From Pseudothermotoga sp. (GTDB lineage Bacteria; Thermotogota; Thermotogae; Thermotogales; DSM-5069), in NCBI GenBank assembly GCA_031962025.1, contig JAVRKW010000016.1: a stretch of 22,032 nucleotides of DNA; one strand, written 5' to 3'. The position numbers were made by a program, and so were the translations under genes. Shown here piece by piece: positions 1-8,900 of this stretch (the first letter of the stretch is position 1; each line of letters begins with the position of its first letter). The notes below the pieces were generated by a model, which saw only the letters and a program-made list of their open reading frames with translations, searched no databases and had not been told where the DNA came from.

Positions 1-38
1 GTCAGTCTGATTTTTGGATAGTAAAACTTGGATTATAA
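1..38 (+). CDS. 3' end of an upstream gene (partial; ...QSDFWIVKLGL*), probably a secreted beta-propeller-repeat protein
   Basis: Frame from base 3 reads QSDFWIVKLGL-TAA(36-38), immediately before a hairpin. 'DxWxxKL' is a typical propeller blade motif. Only 11 sense codons are visible. Confidence 0.45.
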   Translation, partial: QSDFWIVKLGL

Positions 39-41
39 ACA

Positions 42-66
42 AAGGTGAGCCACAATGGCTCACCTT
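42..66. terminator. Probable bidirectional intrinsic terminator between convergent genes
   Basis: AAGGTGAGCCA-caa-TGGCTCACCTT: 11-bp stem, A-rich before and T-rich after. Confidence 0.75.
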
Positions 67-134
67 ATTTATTGATCTTTTCACTTTTGCCGTTGATTAA
101 ATCAGCTTAATTGTAAACCCTACCAGATTTTGTT

Positions 135-2807
135 TTATCTACTTCTCAAAACGTCTCCTGTCTGCAACCAGGCTTCAAGAAAATCAGACCAGAAAAACTC
201 TCTGGTGAATGAAAGCGTATTGTAGTCGTCTGCGTAGTCAGTCACTTTTTGAGCACTATTTGGCATGAAGATGCTCACAGGATTGTTGATATCACCGTAA
301 ACTGTTTTTTCAGCATATTCGTAAACTACAAGCTGTTCAAGAGCATCTTGAATTTGCTGTGCGTGATATTGAATATTTGAATCATTTATGTTCAATCCCA
401 TTAATTGAGCACAGTTGTTCAGATCAACAAGCAGTGGAACAGGATTGTTGTAAACATCATAATAGTACTGGATTAAAGACGGATAGAAACTGCTAATGGT
501 GTTTCTTATGGTGTCATTCATTATTCCTACCAATGTTATTCCAAGACCATTTATACCAGAAATCACAGATTGAACTTTACTCATATCATACACTGCCAGG
601 CTCAAACCAAGATCTTTCCAATAAGTGTTATGGTAGTAATCTTTGAAAGCATCCACTATTTTTTTGCCAACATCCAAAGTGCTGTCAGAAGTAGATATCT
701 GTTTTAGAAAATTGTAGTCAAATCCATCGCCTGGAACTGTAAAACTGGAAGCTACAACATAATCAACCGCATCTTTGAGTTCGTACAGAACTTCGATCGA
801 GCCCATCAAACATGCGTCCATACCAACAAGATTCACTTTGCGTCCCTGATCAGCCAGTTCTTTCAGCACCGCACTCAGTTCAACTGTAGAAATTGAATTT
901 TTAGATGTTTCATCAAAACATATAGCCTTTGGTGAATAATTCTGCCCTTTTGTGCTTTGATAATCTCCTATCCACGCACTACCATGATCCCACAAAATCA
1001 AAGACCAAGGATCTCCATTTGCGTTAAAAGCTACTTGTAATATCATCTTTAAAAACTCAGGATCACCTGAATCAAAATCAGTCATGCCTGCAAACGGATT
1101 TGGTCCAAGATTGTTCAAAGACCAGAAATCTAAAGCATTCTGCCATTCTCCATATTCGTCCAGAACAAGCAATTTGTCTTTTCGGTTTTTTCCATCAAAC
1201 ATCACAACCAAAGCGGCATTTTCGTTGGTGTTTTTCATTTCTTCAAGATCTCTTAGAGCATAACTTTCCAGGTCGTTATCTGCACACATCCACACAAGAA
1301 AACGATGACTTTCAAGCTCGAGGGTCACGGTGAATTCTTTACTGACCTCTGGCTGATCATAAAGATATGCTTTGATTCGATAGGAACCATCTCCCATATA
1401 CCCTCCAAACGCAACCTTGATACACCCATTTTCGTCAGTTACAAAAACATCATTCCAGGTAAGTTCATCGTACACCGGTTTCCATACATTCGGATTCGGA
1501 TAATATGAGTAAACCATTTTGACTTTTACGCCAGATGCAGGAAATCCGTTTTCATCAACAACCTGAACATCGATGTAATTGAGCCTAAAAAGCGAATAAG
1601 TTTGATCTTCAGCTATGATCGTGTATCTGCTCTCTTGATTTGTTCCACCTTGATTCGACTTCACAACTGGAACGTACATTTCGTTGTATTCCACTTTCCA
1701 GTCCACACGTTCACCACTGTTGTACTCACCTTCAGTGAGCATTGGCAAAGCAAAATATCCTTTTGTGGTATCTGAGCTAAGTCCATAATCTCTAAGGCTG
1801 AAACCACCATCAGTACCCCAGGAATTTTTGATCACCCAGATTGGTCCTTGATAGCCAGATTCGGGATCTTGATAATTATCAACCCAGCCGACGATCAAAA
1901 CCGCATGACCACCTCTTAAAGATGCAGACGGTGATTTTACGTAAACTTTTCCTTTTGTTCCAGACCAATAATTGCCAAAATCATCATAAACCATGAACGC
2001 TGCTGCGACTGCTCCGTACTCGATGATCGCACTTTTTATGGTGTTTATGTACTTTGTGTAATCATTGTAGACTGCTCTATGAGAGTAAAAATCATAAATA
2101 CATACAGTCTTGTAAGGTCTCACAAGATTGTATTTCCAGTTTTCACTGGCTGCATTCCATTTTATCCATCCTTGTTCATCTGTTATGTATGGAAAATCTT
2201 CTTCTTCGGGTACGCCGCGCCTGATGATGTTGAACGTAGAGAAAAATAGATTACCACCTGTGTCCTTGTTTGATTCCTGCGCCGTGATTCTATATAGATT
2301 AGATTCATCATATTGTGAGAGATTGTAATACGCAACAAACTGCTCGGAAAGATCTGGATTGTAAGGGTTCAAAAAAGGATATCTATCAGCAATTTCACTT
2401 GGACCAAGCTGTGTTAAAAGAGCACTTTCTAAAGATCCGACTGTTGTAAACGCCCAGCATGTGCCATTTTCTCCCTGATATTTTGGATGAGTGTGTGGTG
2501 CCAGATAAGACGATGGCAGTGAAGCTGTCAATGGCTCTGTGAAAATTATTTGAGCGTCAGCTATCTGTTTGGAAGAAGCTGGCAATTTTGAATCTAAGGA
2601 GAACTTTATTGGATCTAATTCTCCTGATCTGATCTTTTCTATGTTTTCAAACCAGAACTTTAAAAACTCTTTTGGTAAAGGTTTATAGCCAAAATAAAAT
2701 TCATCGGTTTTTTGTATATTATCATTATCTATTGGCTTTCTTATGCATCCTGTCAAAATGCTCAAAATACTCAAAGCAACTGCGATAAAAATCCACGCTT
2801 TTTTCAT
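135..2807 (-). CDS. Lipoprotein with N-terminal papain-like C1A peptidase, central Ig-like domain and C-terminal clostripain (C11) peptidase, ~890 aa
   Basis: Start reassigned to ATG 2807 (MKKAWIF..., GGGAGGG RBS upstream). Lipobox ILTGC. C1A motifs QGENGTCWAF, GGHAVLIVGW, WVIKNSWG. Ig-like VQVVDENGFPASGVKV...TDENG. C11 motifs WMCADNDLE, LILWDHGSAW, MDACLMGSIEV. Confidence 0.88.
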   Translation of the reverse strand: MKKAWIFIAVALSILSILTGCIRKPIDNDNIQKTDEFYFGYKPLPKEFLKFWFENIEKIRSGELDPIKFSLDSKLPASSKQIADAQIIFTEPLTASLPSSYLAPHTHPKYQGENGTCWAFTTVGSLESALLTQLGPSEIADRYPFLNPYNPDLSEQFVAYYNLSQYDESNLYRITAQESNKDTGGNLFFSTFNIIRRGVPEEEDFPYITDEQGWIKWNAASENWKYNLVRPYKTVCIYDFYSHRAVYNDYTKYINTIKSAIIEYGAVAAAFMVYDDFGNYWSGTKGKVYVKSPSASLRGGHAVLIVGWVDNYQDPESGYQGPIWVIKNSWGTDGGFSLRDYGLSSDTTKGYFALPMLTEGEYNSGERVDWKVEYNEMYVPVVKSNQGGTNQESRYTIIAEDQTYSLFRLNYIDVQVVDENGFPASGVKVKMVYSYYPNPNVWKPVYDELTWNDVFVTDENGCIKVAFGGYMGDGSYRIKAYLYDQPEVSKEFTVTLELESHRFLVWMCADNDLESYALRDLEEMKNTNENAALVVMFDGKNRKDKLLVLDEYGEWQNALDFWSLNNLGPNPFAGMTDFDSGDPEFLKMILQVAFNANGDPWSLILWDHGSAWIGDYQSTKGQNYSPKAICFDETSKNSISTVELSAVLKELADQGRKVNLVGMDACLMGSIEVLYELKDAVDYVVASSFTVPGDGFDYNFLKQISTSDSTLDVGKKIVDAFKDYYHNTYWKDLGLSLAVYDMSKVQSVISGINGLGITLVGIMNDTIRNTISSFYPSLIQYYYDVYNNPVPLLVDLNNCAQLMGLNINDSNIQYHAQQIQDALEQLVVYEYAEKTVYGDINNPVSIFMPNSAQKVTDYADDYNTLSFTREFFWSDFLEAWLQTGDVLRSR

Positions 2808-2821
2808 TTCAATCCCTCCCC

Positions 2822-4720
2822 TCATCTGGCTGCAGTGTGATACCAGTTTCTCTGGAACATGGGCCATGAGTTATTCGGATCCTGTATGGAAGAACTCAGA
2901 GCATTTATGACATAAAAATACCCAGCTTCGTCTGCAACAAAAAGCTTATCAAAATGCAGTAATGGACTACTTTCCACAAAGTTTTCCAGTTCAACATAGC
3001 TCATGATCTCTCCGTCTGGTGAAAGAGCAAGAATACGCGTTCCACAAGCAACATATATGATACCGTTATCGCCTATGACGCAGGTGGAAAGAATCGATCC
3101 AAGATCCGATTTATTCCAGATCAAATGTCCGTTTGAATCTAAAGCATGAAGTGTTCCAGACATATCGCCTATGTAGATGATCCCATCTTCAGAAATCACA
3201 GGGCTTCCGTAAGCCTGTCCGGAAAGTTCATAAGACCATTTTGTATTTCCACTCCATGGATCGATGCACCACAATTTTTCACCGGCTATGTAAAGGTTTC
3301 TGTTCGCATCCACGGCAAAACCGCCAAAGAAGGTGTCTGGAAATTGTTTTTGCCAAACGATATTACCTGATGAGGGATCTATGGCGTATATGTAACCATC
3401 ACAGGTTGCCACAAAAATCATGTTGTAGACCAAAACAGGACTTGATCGAACTTCTTCATTGAGCGAACGAAGCACCGTAACCGAATAATTCGATCTATCC
3501 ACTCTTATAACATTCCCAGAAAGATCTACAGCGTAGATGTAATTATCCTTTATCACCGGTGCAGCGTAAATGGAATAGTATGAAATTGGAATACCGTCTT
3601 GATAGTCTGGATAGATATATAAATAACCACGGTTGTCGGCAAGGTACACCTTGTTGTTCTGAGAGTCGACCACAGCAGAAGACCAGACAGGAGAAGCTTC
3701 AACAGTGGAAATAGAATTAGAACTATATGGCAGTGAAATCACCGCATATCCGCCCTGTGATCCAATGTAGATTCTTCCGTCAGGTCCCATGGCAGGAGAA
3801 GAATAGATTGGACCGGTTATACCGTTGATATCTATCTGGTATTTTTTAGATATGGTCATTGCTGAAGCTGTTGTGAAACTCCACACTTCACTCTGACTTG
3901 TTGCACCTTTTGTGTCCTTAGCCACTATTTTCCAGTAGTATGTGGTATTGTTGTTTAACAGGAAATCAAGGTGATAAGTTGTTGAATCGTGGTTCTGCTC
4001 TATAAGTGAAAGGTTGCTGCTGTTTGTTCCAAAGTAAATGTCGTACAACAATTCATCACCGTCTGGATCAGTGCACTGCCAGGACAATGTCACTTCTATG
4101 GGAATGTCTGTAGCATCATTGGGTGGATACACGTTGGTCGGTGTGCTTGGTGGTCTGTTAAACACGGCTTTTATATGCTTTGGCTCATTCACTGTTAATT
4201 GCAAAGTATAGCTGTTTCCAAAATTAACTCCATTCACTTCCCAGTGATCAAAAACATAGCCATTGTTTGCAGTTGCTGTGATCGTTATCTGACTCCCACA
4301 ATTGTAGTAACCATCGTTGGCTGTTATCGTACCACCAGCCGTCGCTTCAAAAACTACTTTGTACTCAACCTTCATCTGCGCTGTGTATGTTGCATCATTT
4401 GTCACATTCACCTGCCGTGGATTTGCGGTGTCGTTATCATTCCATTTTTCAAAAGTGTACTTTGTATCATTTCCAGATACATATTCGCTCTTATCTACTT
4501 CTTGTGGAGATGTAACTTCTATAGTGTGAATGCCAGGTGTTAGCCGCAAACTCTTTGGTGATGCGTATTGTGTGTTGTCTATTTTTATACTCAGTCCTGT
4601 GTCCGGTACGGTCGTGACTGTAAGAGTCGGATTTAAATTTGTAAGACCGGGTGCACCACAGCCATTAACGATTAACAGTAAAACCACTACTGCCAGTAAC
4701 CACAGAAAGTTTTTTTTCAT
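2822..4720 (-). CDS. Lipoprotein: PEGA/InlB-B-repeat-like Ig domains, fibronectin type III domain and PQQ-like (BamB-type) beta-propeller, 632 aa
   Basis: Signal peptide with lipobox VNGC. YTFEKWND and GYVFDHWEVNG repeat motifs. FN3 motifs TLSWQCTDPDGDELLYDIYFGT...TTYYWKIVAKD. Repeated SSP..G.IY.G..G..YA blades, closing WPMFQRN motif. Confidence 0.85.
   Translation of the reverse strand: MKKNFLWLLAVVVLLLIVNGCGAPGLTNLNPTLTVTTVPDTGLSIKIDNTQYASPKSLRLTPGIHTIEVTSPQEVDKSEYVSGNDTKYTFEKWNDNDTANPRQVNVTNDATYTAQMKVEYKVVFEATAGGTITANDGYYNCGSQITITATANNGYVFDHWEVNGVNFGNSYTLQLTVNEPKHIKAVFNRPPSTPTNVYPPNDATDIPIEVTLSWQCTDPDGDELLYDIYFGTNSSNLSLIEQNHDSTTYHLDFLLNNNTTYYWKIVAKDTKGATSQSEVWSFTTASAMTISKKYQIDINGITGPIYSSPAMGPDGRIYIGSQGGYAVISLPYSSNSISTVEASPVWSSAVVDSQNNKVYLADNRGYLYIYPDYQDGIPISYYSIYAAPVIKDNYIYAVDLSGNVIRVDRSNYSVTVLRSLNEEVRSSPVLVYNMIFVATCDGYIYAIDPSSGNIVWQKQFPDTFFGGFAVDANRNLYIAGEKLWCIDPWSGNTKWSYELSGQAYGSPVISEDGIIYIGDMSGTLHALDSNGHLIWNKSDLGSILSTCVIGDNGIIYVACGTRILALSPDGEIMSYVELENFVESSPLLHFDKLFVADEAGYFYVINALSSSIQDPNNSWPMFQRNWYHTAAR
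4345..4627 (+). repeat. Diverged direct repeat, copy A (first domain of the lipoprotein gene); partner 13487-13769
   Basis: Ungapped manual alignment at offset 9142, about 30 mismatches in 283 bp (~89%). Confidence 0.93.
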
Positions 4721-4742
4721 GTCTTCACCCCCGTTTTTTTAT

Positions 4743-4763
4743 ATTATACGATCATTATACGAT
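4743..4763 (-). promoter_or_regulatory. Tandem ATTATACGAT x2 (11-bp period), giving two TATAAT boxes on the minus strand upstream of the lipoprotein operon
   Basis: attatacgat-c-attatacgat; reverse complement has ATCGTATAAT twice, 23-43 nt upstream of ATG 4720. No well-spaced -35 found. Confidence 0.45.
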
Positions 4764-4770
4764 ACAATAT

Positions 4771-4844
4771 GTGTTCGCAAATTATTTTCAAGATTCATAT
4801 TTCTCATGGTACTACCATCATCAGGATGTGTACAGGTGATCTGT
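4771..4844 (+). repeat. Diverged direct repeat (cupin upstream region), copy A; partner 13770-13840
   Basis: About 8 substitutions plus a 3-bp indel relative to 13770-13840. Confidence 0.9.
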
Positions 4845-5144
4845 GATGTAAATAACGCGAAAGTGGTTATAAAAAACAGTGCAGTTGATGCAAGAAAGAT
4901 GTACGAAAAACACGTCACTGTGGCACATATTTGCATACAACCAGGTAAAATTCTTGAAAAACACGCCTCGGGTACAGATGCATTGATGTATGTTCTTGAA
5001 GGGACAGCAAAGGTCACAGTGGGTGATAAAACAATATTTGTATCAAAAGACCAGCTTGTGGAATTTCCAAAAAATGTAATGCACGAAATTGAAAATACCG
5101 GTGAAAGTATTTTAAGAATACAGCTGTTCAAATATCCTTCATGA
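4836..5144 (+). CDS. Cupin domain protein, copy 1 (102 aa; differs from copy 2 at residue 3, C vs Y)
   Basis: GTG start at 4836 by analogy with 13832. Cupin_2 pattern PGKILEKH...MYVLEGTAKVTVG...FPKNVMHEIEN. The 204-aa ORF call from 4530 is an upstream extension antisense to the lipoprotein gene. Confidence 0.8.
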   Translation: MICDVNNAKVVIKNSAVDARKMYEKHVTVAHICIQPGKILEKHASGTDALMYVLEGTAKVTVGDKTIFVSKDQLVEFPKNVMHEIENTGESILRIQLFKYPS

Positions 5145-5154
5145 GTCACAATCG

Positions 5155-5388
<234 letters not shown>

Positions 5389-5425
5389 TTAGTGCAACAA
5401 CATATTTTATTCTCGAAAAACTTAT

Positions 5426-5443
5426 AATTTTTCCGGAAAAATT
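5426..5443. promoter_or_regulatory. Perfect 18-bp palindrome, candidate transcription-factor site
   Basis: AATTTTTCCGGAAAAATT, ~75 bp upstream of the -35 box of the operon promoter. Confidence 0.4.
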
Positions 5444-5517
5444 TCTTCACATTCGAAACAACAGTTGAAAAGTGTTCTGATCTTTTGTTTTCACTTTGAA
5501 ACTTCTTGGAACCAAAT

Positions 5518-5547
5518 TTGACATTGGTGCTACTTCGGTTTTACAAT
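5518..5547 (+). promoter_or_regulatory. Sigma70-type promoter of the ROK/ABC/GH operon
   Basis: TTGACA (5518-5523), 18-nt spacer, TACAAT (5542-5547). Confidence 0.75.
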
Positions 5548-5551
5548 TCAG

Positions 5552-5573
5552 TTAGTTAGCTTATAATAACTAA
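5552..5573. promoter_or_regulatory. Probable ROK-repressor operator
   Basis: TTAGTTA-N8-TAACTAA inverted repeat directly downstream of the -10 box. AT-rich dyad of the size typical for ROK repressors. Confidence 0.65.
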
Positions 5574-5586
5574 GTGGGGTGTTTCC

Positions 5587-6711
5587 TTGCTTACTGGATT
5601 GGAAAGTCAGATTCTGAGAATTATTTCAGAGAATGATGGCATATCACGACAGCAAATCGCTCAAAAACTCAAAATAAGTAAACCTATAGTCAGTAGTGTA
5701 GTGTCCGAGCTAATCAACAAAAAATTGGTAGTTGAATCCGGAACTGTGATGATCCAAAGCGGCAGGCCGCGTGTCAAACTGAGCTTTGTGAGAGATTCCT
5801 GGTACTGTGTTGGGCTAGAAATAGACGAGAATTTTCTTGAGATAGTGATTTCAGACCTTCTGGGAAACATTCTGGACTCTCTGGAAGAAAATATATCAGT
5901 TCGCACGGATTTTGGTGAAATTGTGGAATTTTCTTGCAAAAAGATCCACGAAATACTTTCGAAAAATTCTATCTCTTTGAATAAACTGCTCGGTGTCGGA
6001 ATAGGAATCGCCGGAATGGTTGATCCAAAAACAGGCAAGGTAAGGACGGCCCCTGCTTTCGAAGTCAAGGATCTGGATGTTGCATCTATGTTTTCACAGA
6101 AGCTCAACACCTCAACTTTTGTTATGAACAGAGTTAAAGCAGTGGCTTTCACTGAGTACAGGATAGGAGTCGCAAAAGGACTTGAAAGTGCTGTTTTCAT
6201 ATTCTTCGACAGCGGGCTGGGTGCAGCTCTACTGCTTGATGGAAGAATTCACACGGGTTATTTTGGTAAAGCTGGAGAGTTAGGATGGATGGTTACGGAC
6301 TTTTCAGATTCAGATCAGGAAATCATCCAAAAAATGAACTTTGGTCACCTTGCCAGAAAAATCTCTGGACATCTTCTCAATGAGATTTCGAAAAAATCAA
6401 AGACGAACATCGAAGAGATCTTCACACAGAAACAAGGACTGCTGGAAGAGTTTTTAGAAAAAGGCTTGAAACATCTTGCTGCCGCAGTAGCAAACATGCT
6501 ACTCGTATTCGATCCACAGGCAATCATTTTCAAGGGACGGCTCGGGCAGAGGTATTTTGATCGAATCATGGAGACGGTCCTTCCAGAACTGAGAAAGCTT
6601 CTTCCAGAACAGTTCTACGAAAACCTGGACATTCGGAAAGGAAAGGTGGAAAAATTCGATGTCGCACTTGGAGCGGCTTTCATGGTTCGTCAGAAAGTGA
6701 TGAATATGTAA
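5587..6711 (+). CDS. ROK family transcriptional repressor (NagC/XylR-like)
   Basis: N-terminal wHTH (ISRQQIAQKLKISKPIVSSVVSELI...GRP). ROK domain GVGIGIAGMVDP, GLGAALLLDG, AGELG. TTG start with GGGGT RBS. Confidence 0.92.
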   Translation: MLTGLESQILRIISENDGISRQQIAQKLKISKPIVSSVVSELINKKLVVESGTVMIQSGRPRVKLSFVRDSWYCVGLEIDENFLEIVISDLLGNILDSLEENISVRTDFGEIVEFSCKKIHEILSKNSISLNKLLGVGIGIAGMVDPKTGKVRTAPAFEVKDLDVASMFSQKLNTSTFVMNRVKAVAFTEYRIGVAKGLESAVFIFFDSGLGAALLLDGRIHTGYFGKAGELGWMVTDFSDSDQEIIQKMNFGHLARKISGHLLNEISKKSKTNIEEIFTQKQGLLEEFLEKGLKHLAAAVANMLLVFDPQAIIFKGRLGQRYFDRIMETVLPELRKLLPEQFYENLDIRKGKVEKFDVALGAAFMVRQKVMNM

Positions 6712-6733
6712 AACAACGAGAGGAGGTGTTTGT

Positions 6734-7969
6734 ATGAAGAAGGTTGCTGGTTTGTTAGTACTGCTGATTGCCTCAGCACTATTTGCAGACACAGTTCTTA
6801 TGTGGTTCACTGATGGTCCAGATTTTGACATCATCACATCGCAGACTGAGAAATTCACAAAGCAAACGGGTGAAAAAGTTGTCATATTGAACCTGCCATA
6901 CTATCTTGAGTACAAACCGAAACTCGCTGCGATGGCAAAGGCCGGTTCTCCTCCAGACATTGCCAGAGAAACAGACCTACTGCCGTGGGTGGATTACGCG
7001 ATCGATCTGAAACCATTTGTCGAGAAGTACACGGCAATGAAGTTCGAAGAATGGCTTGAGAATGTCTCGTTCTACAAAGCCGGTTTTAAAAAGCTCTACG
7101 AAAAGTACGGTAAGGTTGTGGGCATCCCATACACATCCGACGCACATGCGATCTTTTACAACAAAGAGATTTTCAAAAAGGCTGGCATAGAACCTCCAAA
7201 GGACAGACCATGGACCATTGACGAATGGTATGCAGCAATGAAGAAGATCAAACAGAGTGGTGCTGCAAAGTATGCTCTCGTTTACGATTTCAGCCCATAC
7301 AGATTTTCGAACCTACTCTATGTTTTTGGTGGAGGCATCTGGGATAGAGAAGGTAAAAACATCATAGTTGATTCTCCAGAGTCCATAGAAGCATTGAGCT
7401 TTTTTGTGAAGTTGCATGATGAGGATCTGATACCCAAAGCCGTGTGGCTCACGGGTGACGCACCGGCCAAATATTTCCAGAACGGCCTTGCAGCCATGTA
7501 TGTATCCGGTACCTGGATGCTCGCACAGCTTAGAGAGCAGCTCAAATTCGACTGGGGTGCCATCATGTGGCCTTACAAACGTGAACGCGCGGTGATGACC
7601 GGTGGAAAATACATAGTACCCTTCACGGAAAAAGGTGCACAGCTTGCTTTCTTCCTCACCAACGAAGAAAATCTCGCACAGTTCGCCAGAGAACTCTATC
7701 TCATACCTGACAGAAAAGACTTGGCTGACAAAGTCAAGATAGAAGATCCTTTGATCAATGAAGTCTACGCCATTGTCATGAAAGATCTTGCTGAATCAAG
7801 CCGCGGCAGTATGGTTCCAGACTGGTACGATCCCGACACCGCAGGTATCGTTCAAGCAAACAGAACGGTAATAAACGATTACATAAAGGCGGCAATAGCG
7901 CACGAAAAAACACCGGAACAAGCTCTCAAGGAACTTGCCAACATATTAAGAAAGGCCGCAGGTAAATGA
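6734..7969 (+). CDS. Carbohydrate ABC transporter substrate-binding protein (CUT1)
   Basis: AGGAGG RBS, cleavable signal peptide, GSPPDI, GIPY...IFYNKEIFKKAG, WTIDE, FQNGLAAMYVSGTW. Confidence 0.92.
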   Translation: MKKVAGLLVLLIASALFADTVLMWFTDGPDFDIITSQTEKFTKQTGEKVVILNLPYYLEYKPKLAAMAKAGSPPDIARETDLLPWVDYAIDLKPFVEKYTAMKFEEWLENVSFYKAGFKKLYEKYGKVVGIPYTSDAHAIFYNKEIFKKAGIEPPKDRPWTIDEWYAAMKKIKQSGAAKYALVYDFSPYRFSNLLYVFGGGIWDREGKNIIVDSPESIEALSFFVKLHDEDLIPKAVWLTGDAPAKYFQNGLAAMYVSGTWMLAQLREQLKFDWGAIMWPYKRERAVMTGGKYIVPFTEKGAQLAFFLTNEENLAQFARELYLIPDRKDLADKVKIEDPLINEVYAIVMKDLAESSRGSMVPDWYDPDTAGIVQANRTVINDYIKAAIAHEKTPEQALKELANILRKAAGK

Positions 7970-7987
7970 TTTGAGGGAAAAGCTTAG

Positions 7988-8014
7988 TCCAGACGGTCAC
8001 ACAGACCGTCTGGA
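7988..8014 (+). terminator. Hairpin after the SBP gene (partial terminator or mRNA stabiliser)
   Basis: TCCAGACGGTC-acaca-GACCGTCTGGA followed by TTTT. Confidence 0.7.
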
Positions 8015-8036
8015 TTTTCAAAAGGAGTAGAGTAAC

Positions 8037-8900
8037 TTGAAAAGACAGTATTACGCCTGGTTGTTTTTGCTTCCAAATCTTTTGATTTTTACTGTGTTTG
8101 TAATGATTCCAGCTCTGAGTAGCTTTTATTTCGCGTTTACAGATTATGATATGCTGAGATTCTCTGGCAAATTCGTTGGTCTGTCAAATTTCTATCAAAT
8201 GTTTTCTATTGAAAGTGACTTTGGAAAAGTATTGCTGAGAACTATAATTTACTCGGCATTTGTGGTACCAATCGCTTTTTTTCTTTCTCTGCTGTTGGCT
8301 GTGATCACCAGTTCTGACCTGATCAAAGGTAAAGCTTTTCTCAGGGCTCTGTTTTACTGGCCATGGTTGCTCTCGCCGTCCATCATAGGCATCTCGTGGA
8401 AATGGTTCTTGGACTACGACGCCGGACTCATCAACGTGTTGCTCGCGAAAATCGGAGCAAATCCTGTTCCTTGGTTGCTCGATCGAAAGCTGGCTTTTTT
8501 CAATGTTGTGCTCGTAACGGTTTGGAACGTAGCAGGTTATTTCATGGTCATGTTCAACTCTGCACTGACTGCCATTCCCACGGAGATATACGAGGCGGCA
8601 GCCTTGGATGGTGCAAACCGCTGGGTGAGGTTCTGGAAGATAATATTCCCACTGCTGAAACCCACGGCAGTTCTGGTCATTGTGCTCAGTACGATTATGG
8701 TGATGAGGAGCTTTGAGATCATATACGTCTTCACCGCGGGTGGACCCGGAACCGCCACAACAGTCCTGGCGCAAAAGATCTACTACACTGCTTTTCTTGA
8801 ACGTAAACTGGGAATGGCATCAGCCATGTCGGTGATTCTGTTCACAGTTTTAATAGTCCTGTCTTTAATGCAGTTCAAAATTTTGGAGGAAGAACAATAA
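8037..8900 (+). CDS. Carbohydrate ABC transporter permease (MalF/UgpA-like)
   Basis: Hydrophobic. FVGLSNF, and EAA motif IPTEIYEAAALDGANRW..FWKIIFPLLKP. Confidence 0.93.
   Translation: MKRQYYAWLFLLPNLLIFTVFVMIPALSSFYFAFTDYDMLRFSGKFVGLSNFYQMFSIESDFGKVLLRTIIYSAFVVPIAFFLSLLLAVITSSDLIKGKAFLRALFYWPWLLSPSIIGISWKWFLDYDAGLINVLLAKIGANPVPWLLDRKLAFFNVVLVTVWNVAGYFMVMFNSALTAIPTEIYEAAALDGANRWVRFWKIIFPLLKPTAVLVIVLSTIMVMRSFEIIYVFTAGGPGTATTVLAQKIYYTAFLERKLGMASAMSVILFTVLIVLSLMQFKILEEEQ

Noticed and set aside
4530..4835. 204-aa ORF suggesting an N-terminally extended cupin fusion
   Set aside because: The extension is antisense to the lipoprotein gene and crosses intergenic DNA. Copy 2 shows the real start corresponds to GTG 4836.
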